DNA from: an uncultured Nitrososphaerota archaeon
GTDB lineage: Archaea > Korarchaeota > Korarchaeia > Korarchaeales > Korarchaeaceae
Reading direction: 5' to 3'
DNA: 32,000 nucleotides
NCBI GenBank assembly: GCA_964480775.1
Contig: CAYZRF010000010.1
Span: 32,945 to 64,944, forward strand
Shown here: one piece after another, positions 25,637-32,000 of the stretch
Layout: the number at the start of each line of letters is the position of its first letter
How positions within the stretch are numbered: the first letter of the stretch is position 1
Translations under genes and position numbers: made by a program
The notes under the pieces: model-generated
What the model was told of the DNA's origin: nothing
What the model saw: the letters and a program-made list of their open reading frames with translations, nothing else
Database searches by the model: none

Positions 25637-25664
25637 CTAGGTCCTGAGCAGAGGCAAGGTCAAA

Positions 25665-26102
25665 TTGCATGAGTGGTCGCTGGCCGAAGCAGTAATTAAC
25701 TCCCTTATCAGACTGGCAGAAGACAAAGGCGCCACTGCTTTTGAGGAAGTTGAGATTACTCATGGAGAGATAATGGAGTTGGATACTTTAGTGTTTAGAA
25801 CGGCCTTTAAAGAACTAAGCAAGGGAACGCTAGTTGAGGGAACTAGGCTGGTGCTAAAAGAGGAAAAGGCAAAGTTCAAATGCAACAATTGTGGAGCTGA
25901 ATGGGACTTTGAAACAGTAGAGAAAATACTTTCAGAGGAATTCAGCGTTATTGAAGAACCATCAGGTACAAAAGAGAGTGCACTCCATTTCTTGCCTAAT
26001 TTAGCCCCGGCTCTGCTTAAATGCCCCTCATGTGGGAGCAGGGATTTTGATTTGGCATCAGGCAAGGGCCTGCGCATCTCGAAGGTGGTGATGAGAACTT
26101 GA
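25665..26102 (+). CDS. hypA: Hydrogenase nickel-insertion protein HypA
   Basis: Conserved N-terminus MHEWSLA. Two CxxC pairs (CNNCG ... CPSCG) are separated by the long insert typical of archaeal HypA. TTG is the only possible start, because there is an in-frame TAG at 25638. Confidence 0.9.
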   Translation: MHEWSLAEAVINSLIRLAEDKGATAFEEVEITHGEIMELDTLVFRTAFKELSKGTLVEGTRLVLKEEKAKFKCNNCGAEWDFETVEKILSEEFSVIEEPSGTKESALHFLPNLAPALLKCPSCGSRDFDLASGKGLRISKVVMRT

Positions 26103-26896
26103 GCAAGATGTCAGACATTCTCTTCGAGGAGGCCAGAAGAAGACTTTCTCAAGTTCGCAACATAGTAGCAGTAACAGCTGGAAAAGGTGGGGTTGGAAAG
26201 AGCTTTGTTTCTACCTCCCTAGCGCTAGCACTTGCAGAGAGGGGTAAAAAGGTGGGTCTATTGGATTTAGACGTTCACGGCTCTTCTGTCCCCATTATGC
26301 TTGGTCTTAAGGAAGAGGTAAGAGCAGGTAAGGAGGGATTTAGACCAGTAAGGAAGCATAACGTAGAGATTATGTCTATCGGCCTTCTAACTAAAGACAG
26401 CCCTGTACTAATCAAAGGAAAGGATAAAATGGATTTAATAACTAGTTTAGTGGCCCTGACGAGCTGGGGAAATCTCGACTATTTAGTGATAGACTTGCCA
26501 CCAGGCACGGGCGATGAAGTGTTATGGGTTATCAGGGTTATCAGGAATCTGAGGTCTGCCGGGGCTTTGGTAGTAACAATGCCGTCGATGTTATCCCGTT
26601 CAGTAGTCAGAAAGAGCTTAAGATTGTTAGTTGACGAAGGAATCCGAATACTAGGTTTGGTAGAGAACATGTCATACTTCAAATGTGGGAAAGAAGAGAT
26701 AAGGCCTTTTGGATATGGTTCAGGAGAAGACTTGGCTAAAGAGTTCAAAACTCGCTTACTAGTCCGTCTACCAATAGAACCAAGAGTTGAGAAGGCTATG
26801 GCTGAAGGATATCCTCCTTATCTCGCATCAAATGAGTTGAGGACTACTTTCTCTAGTTTAGCTGCAGCCGTTGAAAGTCTCTTACAGAAAGCATAA
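26099..26896 (+). CDS. hypB: Mrp/MinD-family ATPase in the hypB position (archaeal-type HypB)
   Basis: Walker A AGKGGVGKS and IDLPPGTGDE are present, and the gene overlaps the hypA stop. An Mrp/MinD-type HypB is established for Thermococcus. The Mrp CxxC is reduced to a single Cys (YFKCGKEE, tgt at 26684-26686). The start is TTG 26099 or ATG 26108. Confidence 0.75.
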   Translation: MSKMSDILFEEARRRLSQVRNIVAVTAGKGGVGKSFVSTSLALALAERGKKVGLLDLDVHGSSVPIMLGLKEEVRAGKEGFRPVRKHNVEIMSIGLLTKDSPVLIKGKDKMDLITSLVALTSWGNLDYLVIDLPPGTGDEVLWVIRVIRNLRSAGALVVTMPSMLSRSVVRKSLRLLVDEGIRILGLVENMSYFKCGKEEIRPFGYGSGEDLAKEFKTRLLVRLPIEPRVEKAMAEGYPPYLASNELRTTFSSLAAAVESLLQKA

Positions 26897-26987
26897 AGTA
26901 CATAACTGTGTTTAAAGAGATCTTGAATATTAGATGAAATGGGATCTTAAGACATCTGAGAACGAGGAATTTCTTTTCGAGAACGGT

Positions 26988-26998
26988 AAAATATTTAA
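26988..26998 (+). promoter_or_regulatory. TATA-like box (AAAATATTTAA) for the hydrogenase structural genes
   Basis: It lies 31-41 nt upstream of the TTG start at 27029. Confidence 0.45.
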
Positions 26999-27028
26999 CC
27001 AATCGACTAATTACTCAGTAGAACCAAA

Positions 27029-27988
27029 TTGTCCGCGGAAGAAATCAACGTTATATGGTTACAAGGTCAAGGATGTACTGGTTGTACTGTTTCTCTAACA
27101 GGCTCAACGCACCCAAGCCTTGCTGATCTATTAACTGGCTATCTTCCTCAAGCAGCGAACATTAACCTGGCCTTCCACCAAACAATTATGCTACCCCATG
27201 GGGAGAAAGCAATTGACGTGTTGAGATCGGCTGCAAATGGAGAACTGGACCCATTCGTCCTAGTTCTTGAAGGCGCAATTCCAAATGAAGAATTGGCAAA
27301 GAAAATGGGTGGTTATTGGTGCTTAGTGGGAGAAGATGAAGGAAAGCCCATGACGATTAATGATTGGATACTAAAGCTTTCGCCTCGTGCAGCCGCCGCT
27401 GTTGCTGTTGGAACTTGTGCATGCTACGGAGGAATTCCTCATGGGACTCCAAATCCGACTGGTGCAAGAGGACTTCTCGACTTCTTGGGAAGAGATTGGA
27501 GGAGTAAACTCAACCTTCCAGTAATTTGTGTGCCAGGCTGTCCAGCTCAAGGAGAGCACATCGCTGAAACTTTAACGCACTTGGTGCTAACTGCGAGGGG
27601 ACTTTTGCCGATTCCAGAGCTTGATGAGTACAACAGACCTAAGTTCATATTCGGAAAAACCGCACATGAAAATTGTCCAAGAGCTGGGACTTTTGCAGAG
27701 GGTGAGTTCTCAGAAAAGTTCGGCGAACCTTACTGCATGGGGTTGCTAGGATGCAAGGGACCAATAGCTCACTGCGATGTCCCCAGAAGAGGATTCGTTG
27801 AAGGAGTTGGCGGCTGTCCAACCATTGGTTCGATTTGCATCGGTTGCACTGAGCCAGAATTTCCAGATCCTCCGTTCTCACCGTTCTTCAGGAAGGCTCC
27901 GCCCATGATCTTTACTGTTGAGGCCTTCAGGGACATAAAAGGCAAGATATATGCAATTCTTCATAGGTTAAAGCCAAGGGTGATATGA
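27029..27988 (+). CDS. [NiFe]-hydrogenase small subunit, group 1/2-like, without a Tat signal peptide
   Basis: The N-terminus goes straight into the proximal-cluster motif (INVIWLQGQGCTGCTVS). Further Cys ligands are GTCACYGG, VPGCP, HENCPRAG, YCMGLLGCKGP and CIGCTEPEFPD. An in-frame TAA at 27008 excludes an upstream signal peptide. TTG start. Confidence 0.9.
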   Translation: MSAEEINVIWLQGQGCTGCTVSLTGSTHPSLADLLTGYLPQAANINLAFHQTIMLPHGEKAIDVLRSAANGELDPFVLVLEGAIPNEELAKKMGGYWCLVGEDEGKPMTINDWILKLSPRAAAAVAVGTCACYGGIPHGTPNPTGARGLLDFLGRDWRSKLNLPVICVPGCPAQGEHIAETLTHLVLTARGLLPIPELDEYNRPKFIFGKTAHENCPRAGTFAEGEFSEKFGEPYCMGLLGCKGPIAHCDVPRRGFVEGVGGCPTIGSICIGCTEPEFPDPPFSPFFRKAPPMIFTVEAFRDIKGKIYAILHRLKPRVI

Positions 27989-29724
27989 TTATGGTGGCAA
28001 AGGAAATCTATATTGAGCCCTTAACAAGGATTGAAGGGCATTTAGCAATTCATGCGGTTGGAGATCTAGAAAAAAAGAGGTATGTTGATGCTCACAGCTA
28101 CGCAGTTATGTTCAGAGGATTCGAGATAATACTAAAAAACAGGGAGCCAGCAGATGCAATTTGGATAACACAAAGGATCTGCGGCGTTTGCCCAACCCCG
28201 CACGGTCTGGCTTCCGTTCAATGTGTAGATATGACTTACAACGTGTCTCCGCCTCCTTTTGGTGTTGCTATCAGAGACTTCATTCACATATCTGAGCAGT
28301 TATATGATGCAGTGCTTGGCTGTGGAATTCTAGAAGGGCCAGATTATAGTGAACCAGTTGTCAAGGAGTTAAACCCAAATTGGTGGGATAAAGCCAAGGA
28401 TACAAAGGCTGAGAACAGAGACCTCCACGGTTATGGAACGATTGCAGACATAATGAGCGCCCTCACTCCTCTAAAGGGAACTTTGTGGCTTAGATGCTTG
28501 CAACTGTCGAAAATGGGTAGAAAGATGGCATCACTCTTTGGAGGCAAACATCCTCATGTTAACTCATTTGTTCCTGGTGGAGTAGCAAAGACGGTTACGC
28601 CCTCCGACTTAGAGATGTTCTCTGCCATGTTATCACAACATATTGCGTTCACGAAAGAGTTCGTTACCGCTTTCGATGATCTACTAAACTTTGTGTTGGA
28701 AATGGGTTATGAGGAAGCTGGAAAGAGGGAAGCAAATCTGATAAGCTACGGTTCTTATGACGATCCTTATGCATACACTGGAAAGTACGAAGACTTGTCT
28801 AAGTGGGGAGAGAAGAGAAAAGTAACTCCTGGTGTGGTCATAAAGGGGAATTTGGTAACAACTGATTTATCAGAGATAAACCTGGGTATCAGGGAATTCA
28901 TAGCCCACTCATATTATGAAGAATGGGAGCAGACACGTGCGCACCCATTGATAAGTGATCTTTCGGTTTGGCACCCATGGAACAAGGAAACAAAACCAGC
29001 GCCTGGCAAACCAAGAGATTGGGATGGAAAATACTCTTGGGGCACTTCGCCGAGATGGGAAGATTGGAAGAAAAGGTTTGATGGTAAAATCCACGCCGTT
29101 GAAGCAGGTCCCATATCAAGAATGTGGACGACTGCTAAGGCTCAAAAGGTAGATGAATCAACAGGAAGTAGTGTCAAATTCACGTTACCAAAGGCTACTG
29201 TGGCTGGATTTAGAGTATCTGATGAGTTAACGTTTGAATGGAAGATTCCAAAAGCGGTTAATGCAGTTGAAAGGATAAGAGCTAGGGCTTATTATCACGC
29301 GTATTCGGCATACGTGGCTTACAATTTACTACTCGAAGTCTTTGAAATGGTTAAGAAAGGCGAAACTGAGATATGGACTGAATACAAGAGACCTAAGGAA
29401 GGAATCGGCGTAGGGCTTACCGAAGCTATGAGGGGAGCACTAGGACACTGGTGCATAATGAAGAATGGGAAGATATACAGGTATCAAGTGATCACTCCTT
29501 CGACTTGGAACGAATCCCCAAGAGGCATTAATGGAGAGCCCGGTCCTTATGAGGACGCGATAATAGGCACGCCCATAACAGAGCAGGGCGAAGAACTCGA
29601 TGGTATAGATGTAGTTAGGGTAATTAGAAGCTTTGACCCATGCCTCGCATGTTCAATCCATGTGTACAATGGAAGGAACAAGAAAGAATCAAGAAAGGAG
29701 ATATCTCCCTACATTAACCTCTAA
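27985..29724 (+). CDS. [NiFe]-hydrogenase large subunit, with a cleavable C-terminal extension
   Basis: LTRIEGH, RICGVCPTPH and the C-terminal DPCLACSIH (29635-29661) are present, followed by a 20-aa extension. Both C-terminal ligands are Cys codons, so this is not a NiFeSe enzyme. The start overlaps the small-subunit stop. Confidence 0.95.
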   Translation: MIMVAKEIYIEPLTRIEGHLAIHAVGDLEKKRYVDAHSYAVMFRGFEIILKNREPADAIWITQRICGVCPTPHGLASVQCVDMTYNVSPPPFGVAIRDFIHISEQLYDAVLGCGILEGPDYSEPVVKELNPNWWDKAKDTKAENRDLHGYGTIADIMSALTPLKGTLWLRCLQLSKMGRKMASLFGGKHPHVNSFVPGGVAKTVTPSDLEMFSAMLSQHIAFTKEFVTAFDDLLNFVLEMGYEEAGKREANLISYGSYDDPYAYTGKYEDLSKWGEKRKVTPGVVIKGNLVTTDLSEINLGIREFIAHSYYEEWEQTRAHPLISDLSVWHPWNKETKPAPGKPRDWDGKYSWGTSPRWEDWKKRFDGKIHAVEAGPISRMWTTAKAQKVDESTGSSVKFTLPKATVAGFRVSDELTFEWKIPKAVNAVERIRARAYYHAYSAYVAYNLLLEVFEMVKKGETEIWTEYKRPKEGIGVGLTEAMRGALGHWCIMKNGKIYRYQVITPSTWNESPRGINGEPGPYEDAIIGTPITEQGEELDGIDVVRVIRSFDPCLACSIHVYNGRNKKESRKEISPYINL

Positions 29725-30197
29725 CCCTCCCTTATTTTTTCAAGAATAATCTCAATCGTCCTGCCTATTGCTCTTTCAACTTCTTCAGATAGCTTTAATC
29801 CAAGGGATAAGTCCTTAGGTTTACAACCGATAATCATAACCCTTTTCGGTAGGATGTTCAGTGAACTCGCTAGTTCGATTATCTTTTCTAAATCTATTTC
29901 GTGTAAACTAAAGTTAATTGTTTTTACAACCTCATTTTCAGCAATTTTCCTTGGTTTTGGCTCTATTACTTTTATCTCTCCCACATTTCCTTCAAAATCT
30001 ATAGCATCAACAAATATTACCTCATCAAAGTCTCCAAGATCGAAGATTAAGTCCAATCCACTTGTTCCGTAGTCCTTTACTACAACATTCTTCGGTAAAT
30101 TCATGTTTTCTAACTTGCTAACTACTCTCGGGCCGAATCCATCATCGCTCCTCAGCAAATCGCCTATTCCTGCAATAAGTATCTTCTTGTCCTTCAA
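29721..30197 (-). CDS. Hydrogenase maturation endopeptidase (HybD/HycI family)
   Basis: ILIAGIGDLLRSDDGFGPRVV and the later VIFVDA / H motifs are present. 158 aa, TTG start. Its stop overlaps the large-subunit stop by 3 nt (CTAA). Confidence 0.85.
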   Translation of the reverse strand: MKDKKILIAGIGDLLRSDDGFGPRVVSKLENMNLPKNVVVKDYGTSGLDLIFDLGDFDEVIFVDAIDFEGNVGEIKVIEPKPRKIAENEVVKTINFSLHEIDLEKIIELASSLNILPKRVMIIGCKPKDLSLGLKLSEEVERAIGRTIEIILEKIREG

Positions 30198-30223
30198 ACC
30201 ATCGAGTGCGACTTATTTGATAG

Positions 30224-30232
30224 TTATAAATA
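30224..30232 (-). promoter_or_regulatory. TATA box (TATTTATAA on the minus strand) for the endopeptidase gene
   Basis: It is centred about 31 nt upstream of the TTG at 30197, consistent with a near-leaderless mRNA. Confidence 0.45.
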
Positions 30233-30346
30233 ACGTGGGCTAAACACCAGCCAATAAACAGATTCCTTTTAGGAAAAGAGCGTTCTCGATTCGAACCCTA
30301 TAACATTAAAAAAGCATTCATCACTAAGGAGGGTGGTTGAAGAGGG

Positions 30347-30571
30347 TTGTGTTTAGGTATACCTGCAAAAGTAATAGAGGTCAGAGGAGACGTCGGGATA
30401 GTTGAGTTCGGTGGAGTCAGAAAGGAAGTTGATGCCTCCTTAATTGATGTAAAGCCAGGTGATTACGTCATAGTCCATGCTGGAGCAATGATCTCGAGGT
30501 TAAGTCCAGAAGAAGCTAAAGAAACGATAAAGTTGTGGGAAGAGGTCATAAGAAAACTTGAGGAAGCCTAG
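30347..30571 (+). CDS. hypC: Hydrogenase assembly chaperone HypC
   Basis: The N-terminus MCLGIPAKVIEV carries the essential Cys2. 74 aa. TTG is the only possible start, because there is an in-frame TGA at 30338. AAGGAGGGTGG lies upstream. Confidence 0.9.
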   Translation: MCLGIPAKVIEVRGDVGIVEFGGVRKEVDASLIDVKPGDYVIVHAGAMISRLSPEEAKETIKLWEEVIRKLEEA

Positions 30572-31584
30572 CATATCCTAGGTACGATCTCTCCTGTTGG
30601 TCTTTCTAAGAGGCGCAACCCTCCAGCGACTGTTTTTAGAAGAACAAAGCCTGGTCGCCCTTCTCTTGCTTCACCTATTATGGTTGCCTCCTTAGCTCCT
30701 GCATTCCTTAAAGCTTCCACTATGCTACTAGCTTTCTTAGGATCTACCGCCATAACGACCATTCCTTCGTTAGCTAAAGACAAAGGGTCTACTCCTAACA
30801 TCTCACAGTAACTTGAGACCTCTTCTCTAATTGGTATTCTTTCCTCCTCTACAAATATGGTTAGTCTGCTAGCCGAGGCAAAGTCGTTCAGCGCCATCGC
30901 AAGCCCTCCCCTAGTTGGATCCTTTGCGGTCTTGACCCCTCCAACCTTCAGAGCCGCTCTGACGAACTTGGTTACAGGAGCCACATCGCTCCTTAAGCCC
31001 CCTACAACACCAATCCCTTCTTGAGCTGCTAGTATCGTTGCTCCGTGATCCCCAACCGTTCCAGAAACTATTATCTTGTCTCCTGGGCGTATTCGATCTG
31101 CCTTAAGGAGATTCTTTCTCTCCACAACTCCAATGGAGACTGTACTTATAACAACGCCATCTAATTCCCTTTTTGGAACTACTTTGAAGTCTCCGCCAAT
31201 AAGGGCAACTCTTTCCTCTTTGAGAACTTTTTCCATCGATTCTAATATTGCTTGAAGCTTTTCTACTTCAAAGCCTTCCTCTACAACTATTGCATCTAGC
31301 ATCGCTAATGGAACGGCTCCCATGACTGCAATGTCATTTATAGATCCGCAGATGGCCAAGCTCCCTATGTTGCCTCCAGGAAAGAAGAGTGGTTTCACGG
31401 TGTAGCTATCTATTGAGATCACCACATCTCTTTCTTCCCCAAGTGGTATCGTTGAGCCGTCCTCCATATCAGTAAGCCCTAGTCCATCCCTGACTCTTGT
31501 CAATGAGAAGATTGGGGCTATTTTTTTCTCTATAAACTCGAGCATTTCTTTTCCTCCAGAACCGTGAGCCAGCGTTATTTTCAA
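30568..31584 (-). CDS. hypE: Hydrogenase maturation protein HypE (carbamoyl dehydratase)
   Basis: N-terminus MKITLAHGSGGKEM, a PurM-like fold, and the C-terminal PRIC motif. TTG is the only possible start, because there is an in-frame stop two codons upstream. Confidence 0.95.
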   Translation of the reverse strand: MKITLAHGSGGKEMLEFIEKKIAPIFSLTRVRDGLGLTDMEDGSTIPLGEERDVVISIDSYTVKPLFFPGGNIGSLAICGSINDIAVMGAVPLAMLDAIVVEEGFEVEKLQAILESMEKVLKEERVALIGGDFKVVPKRELDGVVISTVSIGVVERKNLLKADRIRPGDKIIVSGTVGDHGATILAAQEGIGVVGGLRSDVAPVTKFVRAALKVGGVKTAKDPTRGGLAMALNDFASASRLTIFVEEERIPIREEVSSYCEMLGVDPLSLANEGMVVMAVDPKKASSIVEALRNAGAKEATIIGEAREGRPGFVLLKTVAGGLRLLERPTGEIVPRIC

Positions 31585-31648
31585 TCTAGATCAATGGAGT
31601 TTTCCCTTATCATCAATTAATAAATAGTAGAAGATCACTAGGGAGTTG

Positions 31649-32000
31649 ATGTCTGGCCCGCTACGGATAATAGAGAAGGAGTACAGAGGGATGGGAGAGA
31701 TAGGGAAGAGGGCAGTCAAGGTTATAGCAAAGCTAACCGGCGAACTCCTGGAACGCCATGATAAGATAAAGATAATGCACGTTTGTGGAACTCACGAGGA
31801 TACTGTCACAAGATTTGGCTTGAGAAACCTCATGCCAAAGGGTCTCCAGCTGGTAGCTGGCCCTGGCTGTCCCGTTTGTGTGACTCCTGTCTCAGTAATA
31901 GTCTCTGCAATAGAACTGGCAAAGGAAGGAGTAAGGATCTTCACGTATGGAGACCTTTACAGAGTTCCTGGAAATAAAGAAAGTCTTTCGTCAGCTAAAA
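31649..32000 (+). CDS. hypD: Hydrogenase maturation protein HypD (3' end outside the window)
   Basis: This gene is not in the ORF track because it runs off the window. My hand translation from ATG 31649 is MSGPLRIIEKEYRG...IKIMHVCGTHEDTVTRFGLRNLMPKGLQLVAGPGCPVCVTP, which carries the HypD CGxHE and GPGCPVCVTP motifs. The listed ORF at 31783-31977 is in another frame. Confidence 0.9.
   Translation, partial: MSGPLRIIEKEYRGMGEIGKRAVKVIAKLTGELLERHDKIKIMHVCGTHEDTVTRFGLRNLMPKGLQLVAGPGCPVCVTPVSVIVSAIELAKEGVRIFTYGDLYRVPGNKESLSSAK

Noticed and set aside
25415-25664. tRNA or other structured RNA gene in the long intergenic region
   Set aside because: No cloverleaf arrangement or GC-rich stems, as expected for a thermophile tRNA, could be drawn. 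Only 5-bp hairpins are present. The region is kept as a low-interest regulatory candidate only.
26936-27100. Small ORF (MKWDLKTSENEEF...) upstream of and overlapping the small-subunit start, examined as a possible Tat signal or leader peptide
   Set aside because: It is in a different frame and has no twin-arginine motif or hydrophobic core. It overlaps the TATA-like box, so it is most likely non-coding promoter sequence.
27985-29724. Regulatory (HupUV-type sensor) hydrogenase or NiFeSe enzyme
   Set aside because: The large subunit retains a 20-aa C-terminal extension and has an adjacent endopeptidase, unlike sensor hydrogenases. The C-terminal ligands are ordinary Cys codons and there is no in-frame TGA.
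31783-31977. 64-aa ORF listed in the track near the window end
   Set aside because: It is out of frame with the hand-translated HypD reading frame (31649 onward), which carries the diagnostic CGTHE and GPGCPVCVTP motifs.
1-32000. Mobile elements, prophage or a genomic island (integrase, transposase, terminal repeats, toxin-antitoxin or defence genes)
   Set aside because: No such genes or flanking repeats were recognised. All ORFs fit metabolic, repair, transport or maturation roles. Absence of hypF is not meaningful because the cluster continues beyond the window.

Overview
Gene-dense archaeal chromosomal segment of about 32 protein genes. I found no rRNA, tRNA, CRISPR array or mobile element. 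The proteins are rich in K/E/I/R/V. TATA-like boxes sit about 25-40 nt upstream of start codons, giving short-leader or leaderless mRNAs, and TTG/GTG starts are frequent. This fits a hyperthermophilic, probably crenarchaeal/TACK-type organism, but the lineage cannot be fixed from this window. Contents, left to right: (1) a radical SAM/SPASM enzyme (3' part only), a highly charged coiled-coil protein, and a DUF2207-like membrane protein ending in a cytoplasmic Cys/His repeat tail (ACHS units). (2) On the minus strand, two tandem paralogous surface-anchored metallophosphoesterases, a third anchored ectoprotein, and a Fe3+/thiamine/phosphonate-family ABC importer. (3) Housekeeping genes: NAPRTase, a VIT1-like transporter and an Mth938-like protein. 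(4) A DNA-repair pair: XPD helicase divergent from an alkyltransferase-like (PWHR)-endonuclease V fusion, followed by acylphosphatase. (5) A pyrimidine cluster: divergent UPRTase-like protein, dCTP deaminase, uridine-phosphorylase-like protein and a PRC barrel. (6) A HAD-like protein lacking the catalytic aspartates, SufS, a UbiA/MenA-like prenyltransferase and an ArsA/Get3-like ATPase. (7) A [NiFe]-hydrogenase island: hypA, Mrp/MinD-type hypB, a Tat-less small subunit, the large subunit, an endopeptidase, hypC, hypE and hypD (partial). The best candidate for an undescribed system is the SPASM / coiled-coil / Cys-His-tail membrane protein unit at 1-3505. It is truncated at the window edge, and its function here is inference only.
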